Assembly (NCBI GenBank): GCA_964647615.1 | Contig: CAZYIV010000006.1 | Span: forward strand, 3,679 to 67,678 | Origin: an uncultured Gemmatimonadaceae bacterium | Lineage (GTDB): Bacteria; Gemmatimonadota; Gemmatimonadetes; Gemmatimonadales; GWC2-71-9 | Direction of reading: 5' to 3' | DNA length: 64,000 nucleotides | Part shown: positions 1-9,592 of the stretch, one piece after another | Position numbering within the stretch: the stretch's first letter is position 1 | Layout of the letters: every line of letters begins with the position of its first letter | Made by a program: the position numbers and the translations under genes | Notes under the pieces: model-generated | Databases searched by the model: none | Told to the model about the DNA's origin: nothing | What the model saw: the letters and a program-made list of their open reading frames with translations, nothing else

Positions 1-1395
1 GGCGTCGGAGCCGTCCTTCATCGCCTCCGTCTCACGATTGGGTGAGGCCACCGAACCGGTGTCGAGGTGGTCGCGGCCGATGACGATCGGCGCGCGCACC
101 CGCCCGGTCTTCACGAGCCAGTTGAACTTGAGGCCCATCTCGGCCCGCTCACCGTACTCCAGCCAGCAGATGCGGGCGGGCAGGCCCTGGAAGTGGACCT
201 TCTGGCGCGCGGTGCGGATCCAGCGGGCCAGCGGCTCCTTGTCGGGGAAGGTCTCCAGCACGGCGTCGTCGGTGACGGCGATGTCCCGGGGGTCACCGGA
301 GAGGGCGGCCCAGCGGAAGGGCCCCGCCCCGCGGCAGAAGAGCGGCCGGATGAATTCGGGGACGAACCCGGGGATGGTGAAGGCATCCTGCCGTCCGCGG
401 TGGTCGGCGACCTGGCCCCGGAGGTTGTTGCCGTAGTCGAAGGTGATGGCGCCCCGGGCCTTCAGCGCAAGCATTGCCTCGACGTGGGCGACCATCGAAT
501 CGAGCACCCGGGCCTCGTAGCCCCGCGGGTCGCGGGCCCGCACCTCCGCCGCCTGGGCGGGCGTGCAGCCGACGGGGATGTACCCGACCTGCAGGTCGTG
601 GGCGGAGGTCTGGTCGGTGAGGACATCGGGAATGATTCCCCGCCGCACCAGCTCGGGCAGCACTTCGGCGATGTTCGCCACCAGCCCGACAGCGACCGCC
701 TCCCCGCGCTCCCGCGCCACGGTGACCCGGCGCAGCGCCGCGTCGAGCGAGGTGGCGAGCTCATCGCAGTAGCCGGTGTCCACCCGGCGCCGGATGCGCT
801 CCGCGTCCACGTCCACGCCAAGGAACGCGGCGCCGTTCATGGTCGCGGCGAGCGGCTGGGCGCCGCCCATGCCCCCGAGCCCGCCGGTGACGACCAGCCG
901 ACCGGCGAGCGTCCCGCCGAAATGCTGCCGCGCGCACTCGGCGAAGGTCTCGTAGGTGCCCTGCAGGATCCCCTGCGTGCCGATGTAGATCCAGGAGCCG
1001 GCGGTCATCTGGCCGTACATCGTGAGCCCCAGGCCCTCGAGCCGGCGGAACTCGTCCCAGGTGGCCCATCGGGGGACCAGATGCGAGTTGGCGATGAGGA
1101 CGCGCGGCGCTTCCTCGTGGGTGCGGAAGACCCCGACCGGCTTGCCGCTCTGCACCAGGAGGGTCTCGTCGTTCTCGAGCCGCCGCAGGGTGGCGACGAT
1201 GCGGTCGAAACACTCCCAGTTCCGCGCCGCCTTCCCCGTGCCGCCGTAGACCACGAGGTCCTGGGGACGCTCGGCCACGGCGGGATCGAGGTTGTTGTGC
1301 AGCATCCGCAGGGCCGCTTCCTGGTGCCAGCCGCGGCAGCTCAGCATCGGGCCGGTCGGGGCGTGCAGGACGCGGTCGGGGGCCTGGGTCGTCAT
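1..1395 (-). CDS. hutU: urocanate hydratase (partial; C-terminal end runs off the window start)
   Basis: Absent from the ORF track because it is open at position 1. My own translation of the minus strand from ATG 1395 gives [38 protein letters not shown]...[27 protein letters not shown]...[11 protein letters not shown]. That is 465 codons with no stop, a GC3-rich frame, and a sequence I recognise as urocanase. Confidence 0.9.
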   Translation of the reverse strand, partial: MTTQAPDRVLHAPTGPMLSCRGWHQEAALRMLHNNLDPAVAERPQDLVVYGGTGKAARNWECFDRIVATLRRLENDETLLVQSGKPVGVFRTHEEAPRVLIANSHLVPRWATWDEFRRLEGLGLTMYGQMTAGSWIYIGTQGILQGTYETFAECARQHFGGTLAGRLVVTGGLGGMGGAQPLAATMNGAAFLGVDVDAERIRRRVDTGYCDELATSLDAALRRVTVARERGEAVAVGLVANIAEVLPELVRRGIIPDVLTDQTSAHDLQVGYIPVGCTPAQAAEVRARDPRGYEARVLDSMVAHVEAMLALKARGAITFDYGNNLRGQVADHRGRQDAFTIPGFVPEFIRPLFCRGAGPFRWAALSGDPRDIAVTDDAVLETFPDKEPLARWIRTARQKVHFQGLPARICWLEYGERAEMGLKFNWLVKTGRVRAPIVIGRDHLDTGSVASPNRETEAMKDGSDA

Positions 1396-1528
1396 GATGG
1401 TGCCATTCGAAGCCGGAGGGTGAAGGCCGCGATCGCGCACTGGCGGCGCGTCGCGGCGGCCGGGATCCCGCACAATAGCACGGCGCGCATGGCCCCGGGA
1501 GGGCGCGGCGCGGCGTGCGACCAGCGCC

Positions 1529-2761
1529 TCAGTCGGCGAGTTCCGCCACGCCGGTGAGCAGCCGCTCGACCTCTTCCGGGCTGTTGTAACAGGCACACCC
1601 GGCCCGCACGAGCCCTTCCGCCTCCAGGCCGTAGCGACGGACCACGGTCGTGGCGTAGAAATCCCCATGCGAGGTGAAGACCCCGCGCTCGACCAGGTGC
1701 CGGGTGACGGCCTCCGACGGGTGACCGGCCACCGTGAAGCTGATCGTGGCCGTGCGGGGACGGGTCGGGGGCGGCCCGTACCGACGCACGCCGGGGATGG
1801 CGCCGAGCCCATCCCACAACCGGGTCACGAGCGCATGGCCGGCGGCATGCAACCGGCGGCCGGCATCGGCGAGGCGGGCGCGCCGGTCGGCGCCTTCCCC
1901 GAGCGAGGCGATGAAATCCACCGCGGCCCTGGCGCCGGCGATGCCCTCGTGGTTGAGCGTTCCCGTCTCCAGCCGTTCCGGCGGCGCGTCGGATGCCGGC
2001 TCCAGCTTGGGGACATCGAGCCCGGCCGCGATGGCGGGGCGCGCCACCAGGACCCCGAGGTGCGGGCCGTAGAACTTGTAGGCGGAACAGGCGAGGAAAT
2101 CACAGCCGATCGCCCCCGCATCCACCGGGCCGTGGGCCGCGAGGTGTACCGCATCCACGAAGCACAGGGCCCCGGCGTCATGGGCGAGGCGGGCGGCGGC
2201 CGTCACGTCGGTCATGGTGCCGAGCGCGTTGGACCCCGCCCCGATCGCGACCAGGCGGGTGCGAGGGCCGAGCAGCCGCTCCAGGGCACCGAGGTCGAGC
2301 TCTCCCCGTTCCAGGTCGAGCGGCACCTGCCGCAGGACGATCCCGCGCTCCCGTTCCAGCGCCTGCCAGGGGGCCACGTTGGCGTGGTGGTCGAGCTCCG
2401 TGATGACGACCTCGTCGCCCGCCTTCCAGCCCCGCCCGAGTGCCCGGGCCAGGTGGAAGGTGAGGGTGGTCATGTTGGCACCGAAGACGATCGCGTCGGC
2501 CGGCGCACCGAGATAGTCCCCGAGCGCCGCACGAGCCGCGGCCAGGACCGCATCGGTCTCGATGCTGCTGGGATAAGCCCAGTGGGTGTTCGCGTTGTGG
2601 TACAGCAGGTAGTCCGACATTGCCTCGACGACTTCGGCCGGCACCTGGGTGCCGCCGGGCCCGTCGAAATAGGCGACCGGCTGGCCGCGATGCATGCGGC
2701 CCAGCGCGGGGAACCGGGCCCGGAGCCGGGGGAGGTCGAGGGTGGTGATCGGTGTCGTCAT
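1529..2761 (-). CDS. class V PLP-dependent aminotransferase / cysteine desulfurase-like protein
   Basis: C-terminal 410 aa of track ORF 1529..3790. In-frame ATG at 2761 ([13 protein letters not shown]...). [14 protein letters not shown]-lysine motif. ATGA overlap with the upstream gene. The 753-aa track ORF is an upstream run-on. Confidence 0.8.
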   Translation of the reverse strand: MTTPITTLDLPRLRARFPALGRMHRGQPVAYFDGPGGTQVPAEVVEAMSDYLLYHNANTHWAYPSSIETDAVLAAARAALGDYLGAPADAIVFGANMTTLTFHLARALGRGWKAGDEVVITELDHHANVAPWQALERERGIVLRQVPLDLERGELDLGALERLLGPRTRLVAIGAGSNALGTMTDVTAAARLAHDAGALCFVDAVHLAAHGPVDAGAIGCDFLACSAYKFYGPHLGVLVARPAIAAGLDVPKLEPASDAPPERLETGTLNHEGIAGARAAVDFIASLGEGADRRARLADAGRRLHAAGHALVTRLWDGLGAIPGVRRYGPPPTRPRTATISFTVAGHPSEAVTRHLVERGVFTSHGDFYATTVVRRYGLEAEGLVRAGCACYNSPEEVERLLTGVAELAD

Positions 2762-4428
2762 GGATGGGCGGGCGTCAGGTTGAAGTCGGGAGCGGGTACG
2801 CGCGCGGCACTGTCCACCATCTGCAACAGCGTGGCGAACTCCTCGCGGCCGCGGGCCATGCGGGTCCGGGCCACGGCACGCGCGGAGTCGAAGTCGCGCA
2901 GCGTCACCAGGCAGCCGATGAGGCGCGCCGCCGTCTGGTCCCGGCCCGCATCGAGGGAGAGCGCCTGGGTCATGAGCAGCACCGCGAGATCGCAGCGTCC
3001 GCGCCGCCGGTCCACGCCCGCGAGATCGTCGTACACCGTCGGGTCTCCCCGGAACAGCTGCAGACTGCGGCGATAGGCTGCCAGCGCCTCGATCCCCCGG
3101 CCCTGGAGGACCAGGTCGCCGGCGTAGTTGCGCCAGGCCCAGTAGCTCCGGGGGGCATCGCGCACCGTGGTGGCGAATAGTACCGAATTGTCCGCCCATA
3201 CCGGGAGCCGCGCGGCGCTGCGAACCACGCCCAGCAAGACCAGCGCCCAGAGCATCCCCGCCCCGAGCGCCGCCGGCCGCCGGCCCCACGCCCGGACGTG
3301 CTGCACCGCTTCCACGACCGCACCAGCCGCCAGGCAGAGGCCGATGCTGGGCAGGAAGAGGGTCCGCTCCGCCAGCACGATGCCGGTGGGAAACAGCAGG
3401 TTGGACGCGGGCAGCAGCGCCAGCGCGAGCCAGCCCAGCCCCAGACGCGCCACGCGCCTGCGCCGCAGCAGCACCAGGGCCACCGTGAAGCCCAGCAGGA
3501 CGAGCAGGCCACCGATCAGCCGCGCACCCATCCCACGCACCAGCTCGACCTCCAGCGGAGCGTAGTCCGCCTGCAGGTGGGCCGGCCAGAGCAGCCGTGC
3601 GGCCAGCAGCGGCAGCGCGGCGAGCATGGTGAGCACCCGTTCCAGCGGAGGCACACCCCACCAGGCCGGGTGGGGCAGGTCGCCCTCGAGGCTCCCCAGG
3701 ACCGCGTGGCGCAGCGTGAGATAGAGCATCGCGACGAGCAGGAGCATGAGGAGCAGCCGGCCGGTCGCCTCGCGGCGCAGCGCCCGCCACCCGCCGGCGG
3801 CGGCCACGAGCAGCGGCGCCAGCCCGAGGAATACCAGCGCGTGTTCCTTGGCGAGGAGGCTTCCCGCGAAACCGGCGACGACGCCCGCAAGCCGCCCCCT
3901 CGTCGCACCGCAGCGGGTCAGGTCCACCGTCAGGATGGCGGCAACCAGCACGCCGATCGCCGCCAGCAACTCCCCCTGCCCGACCACGTTGCCCACGACC
4001 TCGGTATGCACGGGATGGGCGGCGAAGAGCGTCGCCGCAACGGCCGCGGGGCCGGCGGGCAGCAGGCGGCGCGCGAGTGCGAGGACCAGCAGTGCGGCAC
4101 AGAGATACAGCAAGGTGGACACGATGTGGAACGGCAGCGGGCTGCCGCTACCCACCGCCCACTGGACCGAAAGGAGCAGGCTGGTGAGCGGCCGGTACAG
4201 CCGCCCCGCCGGCCCCAGGGGGACGGCAGGCCAGTAGGTGTCGAACAACAGCCCGGGGAGGTGCCCCAGGCTGTGGAGGCGGTCATCCCGGACGATCAGG
4301 GGGATGTCGTCATACGCGAAGCCATTGGCCAGACCAGCAGCCGCAGCGGCCACGGCGACCACGGCGACCACCAGGACGGAGGACGCGGCCCGGTCGGGGC
4401 CGGGCTGACCGCGAAGTGGTGAGGTCAT
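2758..4428 (-). CDS. polytopic GT-C / TMTC-like membrane protein with C-terminal TPR repeats
   Basis: Track ORF of 556 aa. About 10 hydrophobic segments. Early-loop FAYDDIPLIVRDD acidic motif typical of PMT/TMTC-type GT-C enzymes. C-terminal TPR-like helices (ALAAYRRSLQLFRGDP...). Confidence 0.7.
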   Translation of the reverse strand: MTSPLRGQPGPDRAASSVLVVAVVAVAAAAAGLANGFAYDDIPLIVRDDRLHSLGHLPGLLFDTYWPAVPLGPAGRLYRPLTSLLLSVQWAVGSGSPLPFHIVSTLLYLCAALLVLALARRLLPAGPAAVAATLFAAHPVHTEVVGNVVGQGELLAAIGVLVAAILTVDLTRCGATRGRLAGVVAGFAGSLLAKEHALVFLGLAPLLVAAAGGWRALRREATGRLLLMLLLVAMLYLTLRHAVLGSLEGDLPHPAWWGVPPLERVLTMLAALPLLAARLLWPAHLQADYAPLEVELVRGMGARLIGGLLVLLGFTVALVLLRRRRVARLGLGWLALALLPASNLLFPTGIVLAERTLFLPSIGLCLAAGAVVEAVQHVRAWGRRPAALGAGMLWALVLLGVVRSAARLPVWADNSVLFATTVRDAPRSYWAWRNYAGDLVLQGRGIEALAAYRRSLQLFRGDPTVYDDLAGVDRRRGRCDLAVLLMTQALSLDAGRDQTAARLIGCLVTLRDFDSARAVARTRMARGREEFATLLQMVDSAARVPAPDFNLTPAHP

Positions 4429-4524
4429 GCAGGGTGGCCCGGGGGGCGCAGAATTCCGGTGGGACGGGCCGGATGGGGGTGGGGCGTGGCTGCCGCATCA
4501 CTTACGGCCAGCTGGCTCATCTGC

Positions 4525-4551
4525 TTGCCTTTCAAGATGTTGCACTACTTG
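4525..4551 (+). promoter_or_regulatory. promoter-like motif TTGCCT-N8-GTTGCAC-TACTTG upstream of the orphan ORF
   Basis: Read directly in the locally AT-richer 4429-4666 intergenic region. Nearly the same 20-nt motif recurs on the minus strand at 7959-7987. Confidence 0.35.
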
Positions 4552-4666
4552 AGGTCGGCGGGGAAACCCCGGCACGCTTGCTGCTTTGGATCGGACCAGT
4601 CACGGCGCTGGTTCGGCGCCGAGGTTGGCGGCAGGACGCCGCGTCCCGTTCAGCGAAAGTGGACCT

Positions 4667-5290
4667 ATGAAGCCCGTCGTCCCCCACGACCAGCAGCGCC
4701 ATGAATATCTGCGCACCCTGTGGGGCCGGGAAGGCTCCCTGGGCCGTGCCTGCTGGCGCTACGCGACCATGACGGGCGACACCGTCTTCGCGGTCCAGGA
4801 AATGGTGCGGGGGCAGCTGACCCGACCCATCCCGGGCCTCTGGCACCAGGTCCCGGTGGAGGTGGCCGAACACCCCGGACTGGCGGAGGTCCTCCACAGT
4901 GCCCTGGCGGCCCAGCGGGAGGAAGTCCGGCGGGCCGCGACCCGGCGCTTCACCATGCTGGCGCTGCTGCAGCAGGCGGCCCTGCGGGACCTCTCCATCG
5001 CCCGCCACGCCGGGGCCGCCCGCTACCGCGAGGCGATCGTGGCCGACACCCGCTGCCGCGACCTGGTGCTCATCGCGCGGATGCTGGTGGAGCAGGAGGC
5101 CATGCGCGAGGCTGCCCACGAGCTGGGCGATGACCATCCCGCCGACCTGACCGCCTGCCGGATGCTCTACTGGGCCGCCGAGGAGGCGCTGGAGGCGTTC
5201 GACCAGCGGCTGCAGTCGGGGATGGCCCTGGCCGAGGCGCTGGCGGTCGAGGTTCTGCTGGAGTCGGTGCCCAGCAACGTCGAGCGCTGA
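4667..5290 (+). CDS. hypothetical cytoplasmic alpha-helical protein (orphan)
   Basis: Part of track ORF 4586..5290. GC3 is mixed in 4586-4666 and becomes uniformly high from ATG 4667 (MKPVVPHDQQRHEYL...). No signal peptide and no motif I recognise. It is the only plus-strand gene in the first 27 kb. Confidence 0.6.
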   Translation: MKPVVPHDQQRHEYLRTLWGREGSLGRACWRYATMTGDTVFAVQEMVRGQLTRPIPGLWHQVPVEVAEHPGLAEVLHSALAAQREEVRRAATRRFTMLALLQQAALRDLSIARHAGAARYREAIVADTRCRDLVLIARMLVEQEAMREAAHELGDDHPADLTACRMLYWAAEEALEAFDQRLQSGMALAEALAVEVLLESVPSNVER

Positions 5291-5309
5291 ACCTTCCTGT
5301 CCCTGCCCC

Positions 5310-5337
5310 GCGGCCCGTGCCCAGCGGCACGGGCCGC
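5310..5337. terminator. perfect 12-bp hairpin between convergent genes
   Basis: GCGGCCCGTGCC-cagc-GGCACGGGCCGC read directly. It lies between the stop at 5290 (+) and the stop at 5353 (-). Only a weak T-tract (TTC) follows on the plus strand. Confidence 0.6.
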
Positions 5338-5352
5338 TTCGCATGCCCCCGG

Positions 5353-6705
5353 CTAGTAGTCAAAGACCGGCAGGCCACTCGGGACAGTCGCCGGGATGGC
5401 GCTGAGCAGGTTGGAGGACTTCGGGTCGGTGAGGGCCTTCAGGAAGGCGTGGAGGTCCTGCACTTCGGTCGCACTCAGGCGGATGGGCCGGCGGAGGACG
5501 GAGTCGAGCGTCGCGAGGATCGCAGCCTGTGTCGCCGGGTCGAGGCGCAGGGTCGGCCGGAGGCGGCCATCCACGGTGGACGGATCGAAGAGCGTCAGGC
5601 CCAGGGGGATATCGGAGTAGTGCCGGATCACCGCGTCCAGTGAGCTGAACACCCCGTTGTGCATGAAGGGCGCGGTGAAGTCCACGTTGCGGAGCGGCGG
5701 GGTACGGAACCGGAACCGGTCCGCCGGGTCGCCGGTGACGGCGGCGCGACCCTCGTCCAGGCCGCCGACCAGGCCGGGGCCGACCGGTGGCACCCCGACG
5801 TTGTGGAACTCCTGGTCGCTCAGCATGGGGCCGCTATGGCAGTGGCTGCAACGGGCCCTGCCGAAGAAGAGGCGCGCCCCGCTGGTCGCCTCGGGCGAGA
5901 GTGCCGTGCTGTCGCCACCCAGGTAGCGGTCGAACGGCGAGCCTCCGGTCTGCCAGGTGACACGCACAAAGGCGGCAAGGGCGTTGGTCAGGTGGTGGAT
6001 GCGCACCTCTCCGGGCGCGAGCCCCGGGTAGGCGGCGGCCAGCAGGGTGTCGTAGCCCGGGAGGGCCACGACCCGGGCCACGATGCCGGCCCAAATGGCG
6101 GCGAGCGCGGTATCCGGCAACAGCGCGAGCTCGTTGGGCTGGCCCAGGCGGTCCAGGTCGCCGGCATGACCGCGCATCTCCTCCCGTGCCTGGAGCGGGA
6201 AGAGTGCCTGGGCCGCGAGGGCACCATCCAGACTGTCCGGGGTCCGGGCGCCGAAGGGCGTGACGAGGTGCCCTCCTTCGTCGCTCACCCGCCCGTCGGC
6301 GAGCAGGACGTGCCACGAGGGCCGCCCCCGGTCGAACAGCTCGATCGAGTTGCGCCCGAGGAAGGTGCCGGTCCCGAGCTGGCGGCCCGACCCCGGGCGA
6401 TGGCCCCCGGTGCCGATCGAGAGTGGCAGCTGGTCCGAGGTGTGATACGCCGGGTTGTGGCAGGTGGAACAGCCGATGTCCCGGTTGCCGGAAAGCACCT
6501 TGTCGAAGAACAGGGCGTGCCCCAGGCGCACCCGAGCCGGGTCCTGCGGGGGAATCGGTGCGAGCGGAGTCACCTCCGCCTCGGCGATGGCGGCGCGGAG
6601 CTCCGCGTCCCCGGGAAGCGGCGCGGCGGGCGTCCCGTCGGAACACCCGCCGCCCAGGTACGCGCAGAGCAGCGCCAGGCCGGCGCGCGGAACCCTCAGG
6701 GGCAT
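5353..6705 (-). CDS. di-haem cytochrome c peroxidase / MauG family protein, probable lipoprotein
   Basis: C-terminal 450 aa of track ORF 5353..7287. In-frame ATG at 6705 (MPLRVPRAGLALLCAYLGGGCSDG). Two CxxCH motifs (CSTCH, CSHCH). FRTPPLRNV motif typical of the CCP family. Confidence 0.85.
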   Translation of the reverse strand: MPLRVPRAGLALLCAYLGGGCSDGTPAAPLPGDAELRAAIAEAEVTPLAPIPPQDPARVRLGHALFFDKVLSGNRDIGCSTCHNPAYHTSDQLPLSIGTGGHRPGSGRQLGTGTFLGRNSIELFDRGRPSWHVLLADGRVSDEGGHLVTPFGARTPDSLDGALAAQALFPLQAREEMRGHAGDLDRLGQPNELALLPDTALAAIWAGIVARVVALPGYDTLLAAAYPGLAPGEVRIHHLTNALAAFVRVTWQTGGSPFDRYLGGDSTALSPEATSGARLFFGRARCSHCHSGPMLSDQEFHNVGVPPVGPGLVGGLDEGRAAVTGDPADRFRFRTPPLRNVDFTAPFMHNGVFSSLDAVIRHYSDIPLGLTLFDPSTVDGRLRPTLRLDPATQAAILATLDSVLRRPIRLSATEVQDLHAFLKALTDPKSSNLLSAIPATVPSGLPVFDY

Positions 6706-7931
6706 TCCGAGCCGCTGATGGACCCGTCGGGGCCGCCGCTGCCGCTCAGGGTGTAGAACCCGGCCAGAGCGCTGCCGGAGGGAAGGACCGTGACCGGGTC
6801 GGGGTAGCCTTCCATGAACGAGAGGTTGTCGCCTGGCTTCCCGCTGACGGTCCCCTGGAAGGTCGAGGAGGGCGTCCCGCCGGTGAACAGGCCGAACATC
6901 GTGCTGTCTGACCGCACCACGACCGAGAAGGAACCGGACTGGGTGTTTCCGGCACAGTACAGGACGTTGGTGAAGCCCTTCCGCGACAGCCCGGCGACCC
7001 GGCCCGCGACCGAGCCGCCCATGGAGTAGTTCCCTTCGAGGGTGCTGTCGGTGCCCGCGACGTCCACGATGATCCGCAGGGTGGTGTCGAAGGCGGCGAC
7101 CTTGGTGCCGACCCCGGAGATGACCGCGGTGAACTGGTGGGCGATTGCCCCGTACTTGTAGCTGCCGCTGCTGCCCAGGCCGGTATTGGAGAGGTTGAAG
7201 CTGAGCGAGCCCTTCTCGGTGCTGTCCCAGCCCCCGATGACGCCATCGATGACCGACAGGATCGGGCTGCTGACGCTGCTTTTGCACCGCGCCCCCGCGA
7301 CCGACCCCGTATCGCCGGCGGACATCGCGTAGCTGCCGCTGAAGCTGATGGCCCCTGTCGTCGCGACGATCGAGGTGCCGGTCAGCGTGTCGAGGGTCAC
7401 CGGCGCCGTGCCGGTGCCGCCCCGGAGATAGCCGTGGAACGGATCGGAGAGGACCGAGGTGAACACACCGCGGCGCGAGTTGCCCGTCTCCGCGAAGGCG
7501 AACGCCCCACCGATCGGCACCCCGTTCCTGGTCCCGATGTGCGTACCGCAGTAGGTGACGACCGTGGCCGGCGGCACCTGGCGGTAGCCGGTGAAGAGAC
7601 CGCCACCATTGGGGCCGGCGTAGTCGCCGGAGAGTGTCGAGTCATCCACCGACCCGGAGAAGCCGTACCCATCCCCGGTGGCCGCGAAGCTCGTGTTGTT
7701 GCTGGTGAGGCTGACATTGCTGAAGGTGTGCGGCTCCCCGTTGACCAGGAACGTGCCGCTGCCGCTGCTGTCCTCCACCGTGACGGTCACGCTGAAGTTG
7801 CCGGCCTCGGTGCCATCTTCGCCGGCGAAGACGCCGCCGTAGGTGAGCTTGGTCTTGCTGGAGCCGGTGGAATCGCTGCCGCCGCAGGCGGCCAGGGCAA
7901 TCGCGGCGGACACAATGAGGAGACGTCGCAT
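6696..7931 (-). CDS. Gly/Ser/Thr-rich lipoprotein with about four tandem ~95-aa beta-rich repeats
   Basis: Track ORF 6696..7991. In-frame ATG at 7931 gives MRRLLIVSAAIALAAC with a canonical LAAC lipobox. Recurring pattern TY(G/C)G...G.FS(V/F)......G.F....L.G.Y..G. The last 10 nt overlap the peroxidase start. Confidence 0.75.
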   Translation of the reverse strand: MRRLLIVSAAIALAACGGSDSTGSSKTKLTYGGVFAGEDGTEAGNFSVTVTVEDSSGSGTFLVNGEPHTFSNVSLTSNNTSFAATGDGYGFSGSVDDSTLSGDYAGPNGGGLFTGYRQVPPATVVTYCGTHIGTRNGVPIGGAFAFAETGNSRRGVFTSVLSDPFHGYLRGGTGTAPVTLDTLTGTSIVATTGAISFSGSYAMSAGDTGSVAGARCKSSVSSPILSVIDGVIGGWDSTEKGSLSFNLSNTGLGSSGSYKYGAIAHQFTAVISGVGTKVAAFDTTLRIIVDVAGTDSTLEGNYSMGGSVAGRVAGLSRKGFTNVLYCAGNTQSGSFSVVVRSDSTMFGLFTGGTPSSTFQGTVSGKPGDNLSFMEGYPDPVTVLPSGSALAGFYTLSGSGGPDGSISGSECP

Positions 7932-7958
7932 CGGGTATCTCGGTCCTAGGGGATGATC

Positions 7959-7987
7959 CAAGTTAGTGCAACCGTCCCGATCGGCAA
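7959..7987 (-). promoter_or_regulatory. promoter-like motif TTGCCG-N9-GTTGCAC-TAACTTG upstream of the lipoprotein-peroxidase pair
   Basis: Read on the minus strand directly after the serA stop (7988). TTGCCG-N16-TAACTT fits a sigma70-type spacing. The motif is shared with 4525-4551. Confidence 0.4.
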
Positions 7988-9592
7988 TCACCCGACCGGC
8001 GGCAGGGCCGCCTGGGCCACCGAGCGGACCTCATTCAGCCGCCCCAACGCCGCCGACTGGGCCGGCGTCAGGGCGGCATCCACGCTCAGTACCGCCAGCG
8101 CATCCCCGCCCGCACTGAGCCGGGCCTGGTGGTACTCGGCGATGTTGATGCCCGCATCGCCCAGCAGGGTGCCCACCCGGCCGATCACGCCCGGGACGTC
8201 CCGGTTGCGCAGCACCAGCAGCTGGCCGGCCGGCTGGACGTTGAGCCGGAACTCATCGATCCCGATCAGGCGCGGGTGGGTGGCGCCGAGCAGCGCACCG
8301 GCCACCCGGAGGGTGCCGCCGGCGTGCGTCACCCGCAGCTCGATCAGGTCCGGCACCTCGTGCGGGCCATCGAGCCGGGTGCGGTCCACCTTGATGCCGC
8401 GCTGCCGGGCGAGGTGGAGCGCGTTCACCACGTTCACCGCCCCCTCCCCCACGGCCTCCGAGAGCACGCCGATCAGCGCGCCAGCGGCAAGCGGGCGCAG
8501 CAGGTCATCGCCCTCGCCGCCGAAGCGCAGCTCGACACCCGTCACCGGCCCCGGCAGCAACGCCGCGGCGATGCGGCCCAGCCGCTCGGCGAGGTCGAGG
8601 AGGGGGCGGAGCCGCTGCAGCCGCTCCCCGCCCACCAGGGCGGCGTTCACGGCGCGGGAGTAGTCACCCTCGAGCAGGGCGGCCCGCACCGCCTCAGCGA
8701 TCTCCACCGCGACGTTGAGTTGCGCTTCCTCGGTGGAGGCCCCGAGGTGCGGGGTGAGCACCACGTTCTTGAGCGACCGCAGCGGGTGGTCGGCCGGGAG
8801 CGGCTCCTGGTCGAAGACGTCGAGCGCCGCGCCCCCGATCGCGCCGGACTCGAGCCGCCGGATCAGGGCGGCCTCGTCGAGCACCCCGCCACGCGCGGCG
8901 TTGATGATGAAGCAGCCGGGCTTGAGCTTCGCCAGCTGGGCGTCCCCGAGCATGCCCCGGGTCTTGTCGGTCAGGGGCACGTGGAGCGAAATCACATCCG
9001 CCTGGCCGAGCACGGTGTCCAGGTCCGCCAGCTCGACGCCCAGCTCCCGTGCCGCGTCGGCGCCGAGGAACGGGTCGTAGGCCAGGACCCGCATCCCGAA
9101 GGCCCGGGCGCGGCGGCCCACTTCCCCGCCGACCCGCCCCGCCCCGACCAGCCCGAGCGTCTTCCGGTACAGCTCGGTGCCCCCGAAGCTGGTGCGGTCC
9201 CAGGCCCCGGCGCGCATCGAGGCGTCCGCGGCGGGGACCTTCCGGATCAGGGCCAGCAGCAGGGCACAGGCCAGCTCGGCCGCGGAGATGGTGTTGCCGG
9301 CCGGCGCGTTCATGACGGCGACGCCCTTCTCGGTGGCCGCCTCGACGTCGATCGTGTCCACGCCGACCCCGGCCCGGCCGATCACGCGCAGGCGTGTGGC
9401 GCGGGCGAGCGCGTCGCGGGTGATCTTTGTCGCGCTCCGGACCAGGACGGCATCGGCATCGGCGATGGCCGCGGCGAGCGCGTCGCCCTTGAGGCCGGGC
9501 TGCTCCACCAGCTCGAAGCGCGGGTCCGACGCCAGCGGGGCGAGCCCCTCGCGGGCGATCTTGTCCGCCACCAGCACGCGATAGGTGCTCAT
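7988..9592 (-). CDS. serA: D-3-phosphoglycerate dehydrogenase (long form with ACT domain)
   Basis: Track ORF of 534 aa. GLVGAGRVGG Rossmann motif. 2-hydroxyacid dehydrogenase core plus a C-terminal ASB/ACT-like region. Confidence 0.9.
   Translation of the reverse strand: MSTYRVLVADKIAREGLAPLASDPRFELVEQPGLKGDALAAAIADADAVLVRSATKITRDALARATRLRVIGRAGVGVDTIDVEAATEKGVAVMNAPAGNTISAAELACALLLALIRKVPAADASMRAGAWDRTSFGGTELYRKTLGLVGAGRVGGEVGRRARAFGMRVLAYDPFLGADAARELGVELADLDTVLGQADVISLHVPLTDKTRGMLGDAQLAKLKPGCFIINAARGGVLDEAALIRRLESGAIGGAALDVFDQEPLPADHPLRSLKNVVLTPHLGASTEEAQLNVAVEIAEAVRAALLEGDYSRAVNAALVGGERLQRLRPLLDLAERLGRIAAALLPGPVTGVELRFGGEGDDLLRPLAAGALIGVLSEAVGEGAVNVVNALHLARQRGIKVDRTRLDGPHEVPDLIELRVTHAGGTLRVAGALLGATHPRLIGIDEFRLNVQPAGQLLVLRNRDVPGVIGRVGTLLGDAGINIAEYHQARLSAGGDALAVLSVDAALTPAQSAALGRLNEVRSVAQAALPPVG

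Noticed and set aside
4586-4666. TTG 4586 as the start of the orphan ORF (234-aa version).
   Set aside because: Third-position G/C content is clearly lower in 4586-4666 than downstream of ATG 4667, which suggests untranslated leader.
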